DNA of 9,871 nucleotides from Thermoplasmata archaeon (GCA_020356005.1 CP070629.1:258991-268861), one strand, 5' to 3'. Counted from the first letter of the stretch, positions 1 to 7,117 are shown. Numbers and translations: made by a program. Notes: generated by a model not told the origin, from the sequence alone.

Positions 1-765
1 ATCAAAATTATATATTTCAGCCTCCAAGATCATTCCATGGTAGCCCGAGATTTTTACTAAACAATCGGCGCCGAGAAAGTTAATCTTGTATCCTGTGTCC
101 GGTTCATCATCCAATTCCATGAAAATGAAAATTGATTCTCTTCCGATGCTTAATTGATTTTCATCCTGGACAACACCCGTCATTATTTTTCCTTCCACAT
201 TAAAATAAAAGTATAAGTTGTATTCATTTGACATTGCTTTGTAACTTAATAAATTGATATTGATATTGTCTATCATATCATCGGAACGGTCAGAGAATTT
301 TTCTATTTTTGCCCAGTCATCAAATCTACCATCAATTGAAATTGCATCTTTGGAGGATTCAATATCTGTAATAATTATAATCATTGGTAATAACAGCAGG
401 ATTACAGCGAGTGTTGTGAAAATAATCTTACTTTTCAGATGCCTTGCCTTAATCTTGGCGATATGGCTGAGTTTCATTTTATTATAAGGGAAAACCCAAC
501 CGTTTGTAAGCCCGTTGCCGTTGGTTAACCCATTGCCATTTGTGAGACTATTTCCGTTAATCAAACTCTCTTTAGGGTCCCTTTTAGTACGATTATTATC
601 GTTTTGATCTTGAAATATTAAACCATTTGTGAGGCCGTTACCATTGGTAAGACCTTTGTATAGCCCTTTTCTGGTCAATGAGCGTTTCCCGTTTATTTCT
701 CCCGATTTAAAGATAAGCGGTTTTGATTTACTATTATTATCGCTTGTGTTGTTTTTTTCGGGCAT
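1..765 (-). CDS. Partial (C-terminus outside the window) type II membrane protein. It has an N-terminal cytoplasmic Asn/Gly-rich hexapeptide-repeat region, a basic stretch, one TM helix and an extracellular beta-sandwich-like domain with an IDGRFDDW motif.
   Basis: I checked the phase codon by codon: minus-strand positions 765 down to 1 contain no stop (255 codons). ATG is at 763-765, with an in-frame upstream stop at 817-819. The translation begins MPEKNNTSDNNSKSKPLIFKSGEINGKRSLTRKGLYKGLTNGNGLTNGLIFQDQ...INGNSLTNGNGLTNGNGLTNGWVFPYNKMKLSHIAKIKARHLKSKIIFTTLAVILLLLPMIIIITDIESSKDAISIDGRFDDWAKIEKF... The TM helix maps to nt 367-426, and the basic residues before it fit the positive-inside rule. 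A GGAG lies 11 nt upstream of the ATG. The ORF is missing from the supplied track because it has no stop inside the window. Confidence 0.75.
   Translation of the reverse strand, partial: MPEKNNTSDNNSKSKPLIFKSGEINGKRSLTRKGLYKGLTNGNGLTNGLIFQDQNDNNRTKRDPKESLINGNSLTNGNGLTNGNGLTNGWVFPYNKMKLSHIAKIKARHLKSKIIFTTLAVILLLLPMIIIITDIESSKDAISIDGRFDDWAKIEKFSDRSDDMIDNININLLSYKAMSNEYNLYFYFNVEGKIMTGVVQDENQLSIGRESIFIFMELDDEPDTGYKINFLGADCLVKISGYHGMILEAEIYNFD
499..558 (-). repeat. In-frame 18-nt tandem repeat (about 3.3 copies) encoding N-G-N-G/S-L-T units
   Basis: The plus strand reads ccgtttgtaagcccgttg / ccgttggttaacccattg / ccatttgtgagactattt. The minus-strand translation is NGNSLTNGNGLTNGNGLTNG. Confidence 0.8.
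619..654 (-). repeat. Second cluster (2 copies) of the same 18-nt / hexapeptide repeat
   Basis: The plus strand reads ccatttgtgaggccgtta / ccattggtaagacctttg, which translates as GLTNGNGLTNGL. It is in the same phase and has the same consensus as 499-558. Confidence 0.75.
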
Positions 766-813
766 GGTAAAAGATACTCCTCTACTGGATTTAAATATAA
801 ATGAAATATAGAT

Positions 814-821
814 TATTTAAA
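814..821 (-). promoter_or_regulatory. Candidate archaeal TATA box for the 1-765 gene
   Basis: The minus strand reads TTTAAATA, 48 nt upstream of the ATG at 765. A transcript starting about 24 nt downstream would still include the GGAG. The surrounding region is very AT-rich, so alternative TATA-like sites exist (for example TTTATATT, 28 nt upstream). Confidence 0.3.
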
Positions 822-952
822 TATGGCTCCCGATAATAATTACCCCTAAGCTGGAATTGAAGGCTTTCAAATAACTTCTAATGTAATTATAAGAAATTAT
901 ATAAATAAATATATATTTATTATAATAAACTACTTACAGGTTGCAACCTTAA

Positions 953-3900
953 TTATTTTTTTGCTTCTTCTCCAGGTAGAGAAACTGAAAATCCATCGCC
1001 AATGTCCACTGCCTCTTTCTTTTTCAAATCGCTCTTCTTGGGCTGAACTTCATCCGGAACATCGGTTTGGGGAGGTTGTGAACTCACCTGATCATAATCT
1101 CGTGCTCGCGGCTGCGTTGTCAGATCCTCCCCACCATAAACATATTCTCCCGGCCGGGGAACACCTTGTTGCATCTCTGGACCTGGACCAGGCCCAAGGG
1201 CTGGTAATTCAGCACCGTGCGGTTCAATTCCCCCGATCATTGGAGCCGGGGGTATTTCCGCTCCGGGTTGAAGACCTGGAGCAGCTGATAGGGATGCAAT
1301 TTCTTGTTCGGTTTTTTTAGCAGCCGCTGCTTCCTCTGCCTCTGCAATTGCCATGCGAAGTTTATGGCGGTCCTCGCTTATCACCTTGGTTTGTTTTTTA
1401 ATAAAGATAAAAACAATTATACCCACAATTATAAAAACAATAATAAGAATTATCAAATTAACCATAAAAGAACCGGAGAATAATTTGTCTTCGGAATCTT
1501 TAGATGTATCACTACCCTTTCCATCGTCATCTGCTAGAAGAGTGATATTATAATTTCCCTTCTCAGGAACTGTGACGCTGTTGTTTCGAAAGTCACTTAC
1601 TTCAATCTTATAATAAATTCTATCTCCACCGGTGTATTCTGCTAATTCTACCAATTCAACTCTGTCGATGTTGATGCTGTATTTCCCGTCAGAGGATTCT
1701 GTCATGGTCCTACCGGTGGTTTGGTCATTAAAATAGACCGTAACCTCGGATATGCCGACATTATCTGTTACCTCAACTGTTATTACAAGATTGGTATACC
1801 GGTTCTGAGAGATATCACCGGTGACATTGTGAATCTCCGGCGGAATATTGTCCACGATATTGATACGCTTATGACCCGAAGCCGGGTACCTGATCTCATT
1901 GACGGGATCGGATTTATCAGTCACGGAAAGGTAAAATTCAAGGTACGGGTCGTTTCTATTCTCAAGTTGATAGTTTAACATGGATTTACCGCTTTTTTCA
2001 TCCTTCGAAAGAACATCATACTGGTAATCCAGGTCGGTAGAATACCGCCAATTTATGGTTGCCTGATTTATACCGCTGTCGGTATCATTCAAATTAAATT
2101 TAAATAAGAAAGCAGCACCCGCCGTAACATGGGCTGGAGTTTCATCCTTTACAGAGGGTGGTGTGGTATCAATCCTGATAACTTTGGTGTCTTTATCAGA
2201 CCATGTTCCCATGTTGTCAACTGCCTTAACGTGGAAATACCATATGCCATCTGTTAACTCTTCCTCAACAATCAGTTCTGGATTACTGGTACCATTATGG
2301 GCCAACCGGAACTCTTCTGTTGATAATATTGTAGTGTTTTCAGGTTCCACTTCGAGAGATGTGTCAATGATATAGCTGTACCCCGCTATTCCGCTGGTGT
2401 CCTTTGGTTCGTTCCAATCAAATACCGCACGGTTTTTATTATACCATATACTTTCAAGCGGATGCGAATAACATTGTATCTGCGGAGGCTCTGGCTTTGC
2501 TGTATCGATTTTGAAAATATAGATATCGGACCAGGGGCCCTTGCTCCCGTAGTTATCACGCAGTCTAACTCTCCAGTAGTATGTTTTTTCCTCAAGCTCC
2601 GAATCTATTTTGAAGCTGTTGTCGGTACTATCCAGCGCTTTTGAATAAGCATAAGTCTTGAAGTCATCTTCTAATGCGATGTTAAGTTCAAAGCCAATCT
2701 GATAGTCCGTTGGATCCGGATCATGAAATTCCCATTTTAGTGTCGGTTTGCGGTCTCCCACCCAGCTGTTATTCAGAGGTAATACCGGCGTGGGTTTTGT
2801 TGGAATAGCATTGAATGTGAATTTAATCGTTTCCAGCACAGGAGTGTAACCGGGCTCGGTGGTGGACAGAACTGCCTTGTATTGTAAATATCGTCCTCCT
2901 TTGTAGCCAAACTCTGATTGTTCTTTTATTACTTTCTCCCAGCTGAGAGAATTTAAACCTACCGAGTTAGAAGACTGTCGAAAATAAATCTCGAGATTTG
3001 TACCCTCGGGTTCTGTACTTGTCCAGTTCACCAGTCTTAACGGGAGGCCGAGATCCTCTCCCAAATCGATTATGTCTGATTCCTTTGTATAACTATCCGG
3101 ATAAGTATAATAATCAATATTGACCCACTTTAATTTCGGCGTGTATAAAGGATTTCCGGTACTTATTTGCACATTATATGCCAGATATTTACTTCCGTCA
3201 AGAACTGCAGGTGTAGCCTCTCCATTTTTTTCATCAAAATAAGTATTGGTCTTGCCGTTCGGTCCAATAAATGAATCAGCGTTCTCCGGTGAATCGTCGG
3301 ATCCTGCAAGCTGAATCTTAACGGGATTGCTTCCAACATGTGTTGGAGCTGGATTGTAAACACCGAATGATACGGATTGTAAATTCATTCTATATCTGGG
3401 ATGATATATAGATGAACTGAGTTCGCCCGGTGATACATATGCCGAAGCATTTGGACTATAACCCCAGTAATCCTTCCGCCATCCACCAGAACTATATCCG
3501 CCGAATATTACTAACTTATTATGAATTGTATCCCAATCGCCCTCTGCATAATCTCTGGGAGGCGGGCCTCTTAATTTAGGCTCCCATGTATCTGAATCGA
3601 TATCATACCACCATGTTTCGTTCCTATACCCGTCTTTATATCCTCCCGTTATAACTATTTTTTTATTGTAGGTATCCCAGGCCATTATTGGACGATTTCT
3701 ATCGGCGACACCGCTGTGGTTGACCCAGGTATCGTTGTTAGGGAAATATTCATTCAGTTCCCATACATAATCGTATCCGGAGCCCGAAGTATATCCTTCG
3801 CAGCCCCCGTATACCATCATGGAATTCGTTTTCGGGCACCATATAGCATCATGATAGAACCGAGGTATATAATCCTTCATTTGTGCCCACATATCAGTCT

Positions 3901-4720
3901 GGACATTATAAATAAAAACATCATTGGAGGCATTATAAAAATCACCTATATAACCGCCGTACACTATAATCTGTTGAGTAACGGGGTTAAATGCTCCTCC
4001 GGAATAAGATCTTGCACCCATCCCTCCCGATTTCGGTGTCCATGTCTTGGTGGTAGGAGAATAACACCATAGATCATTCAATAAATCCCAGGATGAATCC
4101 CGACCGCCGTGAACCCACAATTGATTATTAACACTATCCCAAACCATGATAGCGGATGTCCTGGCAGGTGGTGGGTTCGAATGGCTAATTTGTTTCCAGG
4201 CATCTGTTTCGGGGTTGTATTCATACAAATTATTCGATGTGCCTACACCACTAATATAACCACCGAAGATAAGAAAAACTTTTTCACTGGGGCACCAAAC
4301 CATAGAATGTCGGTACAATTCCGTCGGGCCGTCGCCCAGATTCTCCCAAACCTCAATTTCGCCCCCTGTTTCTAGTTCAAGATGGCCGTCGGAGGGTGAG
4401 TAAACTAGATTCGACGATGAGTTATATTTAGAGGGGTCCTCCCAGATTATTTGATTTGGTCCTCCGCTCCAGTTGCTTTGGTTCCAGGAACCCTCTACCT
4501 TTGGCATCGATATCGGATCTGTAAATTCTTTTACCATATTGTTGCGTGAGGGGGATGATGAGCGGGTGATTTCAGCATCTTTTGATGTTTCCTCTCTAGG
4601 ATTTGATTCGTCAGCATAATCATCCTGATATACCGGATCAGATGAGTAACTAATCTGTGCTGGGAATATTAAAATTAAACAAAGTAAGACCGTTAAGAGA
4701 GCCCATTTCAATCCAGTCAT
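953..4720 (-). CDS. Large secreted, C-terminally membrane-anchored surface protein. It contains a signal peptide, a six-blade Kelch-type beta-propeller, repeated beta-sandwich (FN3/Ig-like) domains, a TM helix and a Pro/Gly/Glu-rich cytoplasmic tail.
   Basis: The track ORF 953-4756 begins at a TTG. I prefer the ATG at 4718-4720 (MTGLKWALLTVLLCLILIFPAQISYS, a signal-peptide-like sequence) because GGAGG sits 7 nt upstream of it. Six Kelch-like blades carry the hydrophobic-GG[YRC] signature: VFLIFGGY, LWVHGGR, IIVYGGY, MMVYGGC, IVITGGY and LVIFGGY, each followed by W/Y-rich strands (nt about 3461-4324). There is a duplicated domain ending YLAYNVQISTGNPLYTPKLKWVNIDY / YLQYKAVLSTTEPGYTPVLETIKFTF. 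An FN3-like unit carries TYYWRVRLRD. A further unit carries GIAGYSYIID...DGIWYFHVKAVDNMGTWS. The TM helix FMVNLIILIIVFIIVGIIVFIFI (nt 1400-1468) is followed by KKQTK. The stop is TAA at 953-955. Confidence 0.9.
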   Translation of the reverse strand: MTGLKWALLTVLLCLILIFPAQISYSSDPVYQDDYADESNPREETSKDAEITRSSSPSRNNMVKEFTDPISMPKVEGSWNQSNWSGGPNQIIWEDPSKYNSSSNLVYSPSDGHLELETGGEIEVWENLGDGPTELYRHSMVWCPSEKVFLIFGGYISGVGTSNNLYEYNPETDAWKQISHSNPPPARTSAIMVWDSVNNQLWVHGGRDSSWDLLNDLWCYSPTTKTWTPKSGGMGARSYSGGAFNPVTQQIIVYGGYIGDFYNASNDVFIYNVQTDMWAQMKDYIPRFYHDAIWCPKTNSMMVYGGCEGYTSGSGYDYVWELNEYFPNNDTWVNHSGVADRNRPIMAWDTYNKKIVITGGYKDGYRNETWWYDIDSDTWEPKLRGPPPRDYAEGDWDTIHNKLVIFGGYSSGGWRKDYWGYSPNASAYVSPGELSSSIYHPRYRMNLQSVSFGVYNPAPTHVGSNPVKIQLAGSDDSPENADSFIGPNGKTNTYFDEKNGEATPAVLDGSKYLAYNVQISTGNPLYTPKLKWVNIDYYTYPDSYTKESDIIDLGEDLGLPLRLVNWTSTEPEGTNLEIYFRQSSNSVGLNSLSWEKVIKEQSEFGYKGGRYLQYKAVLSTTEPGYTPVLETIKFTFNAIPTKPTPVLPLNNSWVGDRKPTLKWEFHDPDPTDYQIGFELNIALEDDFKTYAYSKALDSTDNSFKIDSELEEKTYYWRVRLRDNYGSKGPWSDIYIFKIDTAKPEPPQIQCYSHPLESIWYNKNRAVFDWNEPKDTSGIAGYSYIIDTSLEVEPENTTILSTEEFRLAHNGTSNPELIVEEELTDGIWYFHVKAVDNMGTWSDKDTKVIRIDTTPPSVKDETPAHVTAGAAFLFKFNLNDTDSGINQATINWRYSTDLDYQYDVLSKDEKSGKSMLNYQLENRNDPYLEFYLSVTDKSDPVNEIRYPASGHKRINIVDNIPPEIHNVTGDISQNRYTNLVITVEVTDNVGISEVTVYFNDQTTGRTMTESSDGKYSINIDRVELVELAEYTGGDRIYYKIEVSDFRNNSVTVPEKGNYNITLLADDDGKGSDTSKDSEDKLFSGSFMVNLIILIIVFIIVGIIVFIFIKKQTKVISEDRHKLRMAIAEAEEAAAAKKTEQEIASLSAAPGLQPGAEIPPAPMIGGIEPHGAELPALGPGPGPEMQQGVPRPGEYVYGGEDLTTQPRARDYDQVSSQPPQTDVPDEVQPKKSDLKKKEAVDIGDGFSVSLPGEEAKK

Positions 4721-4727
4721 TTCATTG

Positions 4728-4732
4728 CCTCC
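4728..4732 (-). promoter_or_regulatory. Shine-Dalgarno site (GGAGG) for the Kelch-repeat surface protein
   Basis: The minus strand reads gcaagtGGAGGcaatgaaATG, giving a 7-nt spacer to the ATG at 4720. Confidence 0.6.
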
Positions 4733-4776
4733 ACTTGCATCCCTGCGCCCAGCCAAACAAACTTACCGTCCCATCG

Positions 4777-4800
4777 GTATATATATTTTTCTTTTAAATA
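4777..4800 (-). promoter_or_regulatory. Candidate TATA/BRE region for the Kelch-repeat gene
   Basis: The minus strand reads TATTTAAAAGAAAAATATATATACC and ends 56 nt upstream of the ATG at 4720. The exact box is not resolvable by eye. Confidence 0.3.
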
Positions 4801-4828
4801 TACGTTAAATATGTATTATCTTAATTGG

Positions 4829-4835
4829 AAAAAAA
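4829..4835 (-). terminator. Oligo-T (T7) tract, a candidate archaeal terminator for the DOMON-cytochrome b gene
   Basis: The minus strand reads GGATTTTTTTCC, 67 nt downstream of the TAA at 4902-4904. Archaeal RNA polymerase terminates at oligo-T tracts. Confidence 0.45.
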
Positions 4836-4901
4836 TCCATATACATATGATTTCTGTGATTGAAATATATTCCCATCCACTTAGTGTTAAATATAAATCG
4901 A

Positions 4902-5933
4902 TTATACCAGTGAATATCCGGCATAGACTGTAATAAGCATCATAATAGTAGTAATTCGACCGAACCATCTATGAAGCGCTTTGAATTTTTTTGATGACCC
5001 GGCGGGTTTGGTTATGGTCTTTCCCAGTCTTAAGGTTATGACTATGAAGATTACTGTAATTAAACCAAGGAAGGTGTGAGGTTCGCTAAAATGCTCATTC
5101 GTACTTACGGAGATCATGTAGAAAGCATACCCGAAACCAATGAATGCAAAAACCCCACCAAATCCCTCCAGCGTTTTATGAGCAGAAAACCACCACGTCT
5201 TCTTTTTCATTGCCCCTGCAATTGCATTACCGGATCCTATGAGTATCAATCCTATTATCATTAAAAACGCGTGAAGCTGCCATCGTACTTCCTCATCTTC
5301 TTCAACCTCACCGGTTACAAGGTTAATTGTTCCAGATCCGAACTCTGAGTGTTGAGCATTAAAGTTATCGGAACTTCCATATGCCCAGATTACCTCCAGT
5401 TCTCCTGACTTTTTTATCGGTGCATCATAGGTATCGCCGGTAGAAAGGTCGCGGGTGAACTCGATGTGTGTCCAGCCGTCGCTTTCAGAACCTCCGCTGG
5501 ATTCGATATCATCGGTACCTCCCAGGTCCTCGTCGACGGGGTGGTCCCTGGAGGATTCGGAATAACAGTCCAGGACCGTGGCGCCGCCTGTGCTGTTAAC
5601 CCAGCCGATGATCATATCTGCATCTGTCATGCTGTTACCAATTCCGAATGCAACCCATCCGTTGGTTTTTGCGCTCAACCCAATTGAGATATTGGATTCG
5701 CCCACCGTCCAGTAAATCTTGAAATCACCGCCTGCAAATTCGGCTTTATGATCATATTCGTTTGCCGATATGATTCCATTAATTACGGGAACTGTTCCAT
5801 CACTATTTTCACCGGCAGCCGGAATGACTATAATAGCAGTAATAATTACAAAAAGAATCGACAAAGCAATGAATTTCGAAAATGATCTGTAATTATTTAC
5901 CAATCCGAATTGGTTTTTATGATAAAATCTCAA
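4902..5933 (-). CDS. Membrane redox protein with an N-terminal signal-anchor, an extracellular DOMON-like domain and a C-terminal four-helix cytochrome b561-like / ferric-reductase-like module carrying four conserved-position histidines
   Basis: The ORF is 343 codons and starts at TTG (5931-5933), 4 nt downstream of GAGGTGA. The N-terminus is FSKFIALSILFVIITAIIVIPAAG. The DOMON-like pattern is INGIISANEYDHKAEF..FKIYWTV..ISIGLSAKTNGWVAFGIGNSMTDADMIIGWV...VLDCYS...GWTHIEFTRDLSTGDTYD..I....ELEVIWAYG (nt about 5319-5786). Four TM helices then each start with a His: WQLH221AF, FSAH252KT, EPH286TF and KALH321RW. The lysine-rich loops (AMKKK, GKTITKPAGSSKKFK) alternate as the positive-inside rule predicts. 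The stop is TAA. Confidence 0.85.
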   Translation of the reverse strand: MRFYHKNQFGLVNNYRSFSKFIALSILFVIITAIIVIPAAGENSDGTVPVINGIISANEYDHKAEFAGGDFKIYWTVGESNISIGLSAKTNGWVAFGIGNSMTDADMIIGWVNSTGGATVLDCYSESSRDHPVDEDLGGTDDIESSGGSESDGWTHIEFTRDLSTGDTYDAPIKKSGELEVIWAYGSSDNFNAQHSEFGSGTINLVTGEVEEDEEVRWQLHAFLMIIGLILIGSGNAIAGAMKKKTWWFSAHKTLEGFGGVFAFIGFGYAFYMISVSTNEHFSEPHTFLGLITVIFIVITLRLGKTITKPAGSSKKFKALHRWFGRITTIMMLITVYAGYSLV

Positions 5934-5937
5934 TTTC

Positions 5938-5944
5938 TCACCTC
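5938..5944 (-). promoter_or_regulatory. Shine-Dalgarno site (GAGGTGA) for the DOMON-cytochrome b gene
   Basis: The minus strand reads cgcGAGGTGAgaaaTTG. This is a 7-nt match to the canonical anti-SD complement (GGAGGTGATC) with a 4-nt spacer, and it supports the TTG start. Confidence 0.65.
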
Positions 5945-6033
5945 GCGGGATACTTTGCTTAGCATAAATACAGCATTAATATTATATTATTTTGGTTTTT
6001 GCTGATTGTTAGAAGCTGAATAATCAATAAAAT

Positions 6034-6068
6034 CAGGTTCCAGGTTCTGGGTTCTAGGTTCTATGGCC
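6034..6068. repeat. Tandem heptamer array (NN-GGTTC) with 4 good copies plus 1 degenerate copy
   Basis: The array reads caGGTTC caGGTTC tgGGTTC taGGTTC tatggcc. It lies in the intergenic region 100-135 nt upstream of the DOMON gene start. Confidence 0.8.
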
Positions 6069-6149
6069 AAGGACACAGGACCAAAGACCCAGAGGGGGTT
6101 TAAATTTAATGGGATTACCTAGTCGGTTTTGGTAGGGGCTTTTTTCAAC

Positions 6150-6176
6150 CGCGAAAGCCGCGAAGTTCGCGAAAGA
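6150..6176. repeat. Three tandem 9-nt units (CGCGAARNN) containing a 13-bp dyad CGCGAA-g-TTCGCG
   Basis: The units read CGCGAAAGC CGCGAAGTT CGCGAAAGA, with an exact period of 9. The 6+1+6 palindrome is at 6159-6171. Confidence 0.8.
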
Positions 6177-6198
6177 TGATCTAGGGTTTTGATTCAAA

Positions 6199-6268
6199 CT
6201 GCCCACTGCCAGTGCTTAAAATCATAATAATAGCGAAACGGCCTGCCTCCTGCCAGCGCTTTTAATCA
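6199..6268. repeat. Imperfect 26-nt direct repeat, 2 copies, period 44 nt
   Basis: Copy 1 (6199-6224) is ctgcccactgccagtgcttaaaatca. Copy 2 (6243-6268) is ctgcctcctgccagcgcttttaatca. They match at 21 of 26 positions, and each contains CTGCCnnCTGCCAG. Confidence 0.75.
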
Positions 6269-6307
6269 ATGTGGAATCGAAGCGTTCTCGCTGAAATCGA
6301 AGTTAAA

Positions 6308-7117
6308 TCAAATCGGTATGTCTATTCCGGTATACTCGTGCTTCAGCTTGAACAGCAGCTGTCCCGTCTCAGCATCCAGTGCAGTAATAAACGATCCGTC
6401 CTTTGTTGCCGCGTAATACGCCAGCTTCTGCGTCTGGAAATTTGTTACCGAAGTAAAGTCCACCGTGGGGTAGCTCAGGTCGGCGGTGATGCCGTAAGAG
6501 GCCGAATCAAAATTGATACTGCCCCCCGTAAAAATATTTACGTTTATATCGTCATCATCAAGGTTTTTGAAAATATATTCGCTTCCCGCGAAGGTTAAAA
6601 CCGGCCACAAATCGTCCGTTCCGTTCCTGGGTGGATCGATTGTTTTCGCCATATCGTACTTAACCCCCGATTCGCTCACCAGAACATTATATCCGTTGGG
6701 TTCGTCCTTCGAGCCGAAGGTTACATTCCATATCAGCTCGCCATCCGTGCGGTTGCAGTAAGCCGTTGTCACATACGCCTCAGGATAATTGTTCAGGTAA
6801 TCATTGACTCCAGACAGCGGCAGGATATATGAGGTCATTGCGTTATCAGGTGAAAAGGCTTCAAAACTGTTTGTCAAATTGGATTTCTTGAGGCTGGGCA
6901 GGTAATTCCAATCATCGGCAAAATCAGATGCGAGGGTTGAATCCATATCCGAATACACCACCGGATAATGGTTGTTAGAATCGAACTCCTCATTGCATTC
7001 TTGGCTGCTGATTGAGGTGCTGCCCGCTGTGTAACCTTTCAATTGATTGGCATAATTCATCACAACGGTATTACCGTCGATTGTAAATTGTACATGCAGA
7101 ACAGATTTCAATGCCAC
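6308..7117 (-). CDS. Third (C-terminal, extracellular-type) segment of the composite reading frame; domain family unknown
   Basis: The track ORF is 269 aa and starts at a GTG (7115-7117) with no SD. The first ATG is at 7058-7060. There is no signal peptide or TM helix, yet the composition is Asn/Ser/Thr/Asp/Tyr-rich like the neighbouring extracellular domains. It is in the same phase as 7139-8224 and separated from it only by a TAA plus 7 sense codons. The stop is TGA at 6308-6310. Confidence 0.6.
   Translation of the reverse strand: MALKSVLHVQFTIDGNTVVMNYANQLKGYTAGSTSISSQECNEEFDSNNHYPVVYSDMDSTLASDFADDWNYLPSLKKSNLTNSFEAFSPDNAMTSYILPLSGVNDYLNNYPEAYVTTAYCNRTDGELIWNVTFGSKDEPNGYNVLVSESGVKYDMAKTIDPPRNGTDDLWPVLTFAGSEYIFKNLDDDDINVNIFTGGSINFDSASYGITADLSYPTVDFTSVTNFQTQKLAYYAATKDGSFITALDAETGQLLFKLKHEYTGIDIPI

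Noticed and set aside
254-811. Plus-strand ORFs 254-487 and 629-811
   Set aside because: Both lie entirely inside the 255-codon open minus-strand frame, which has a coherent membrane-protein architecture. Their hydrophobic and odd compositions are the antisense image of that gene.
938-949. The palindrome AGGTTGCAACCT just after the Kelch gene stop, as an intrinsic terminator
   Set aside because: It can form only a 4-bp stem with a 4-nt loop, and no clear oligo-T run follows on the minus strand. The region is simply AT-rich, so the termination site cannot be assigned by eye.
961-5687. Short plus-strand ORFs, and minus-strand ORFs in other phases, nested in the Kelch and DOMON genes (for example 961-1320, 1353-1553, 1721-1978, 2163-2375, 2386-2595, 3163-3363, 3716-4072, 4109-4375, 5076-5264 and 5466-5687)
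   Set aside because: All are embedded in long, domain-rich minus-strand CDSs. None has recognisable motifs or ribosome-binding sites. They are the expected chance ORFs.
6199-6268. A CRISPR array
   Set aside because: There are only two copies, they are imperfect (21/26), the spacer is 18 nt, and no cas genes or leader are present.
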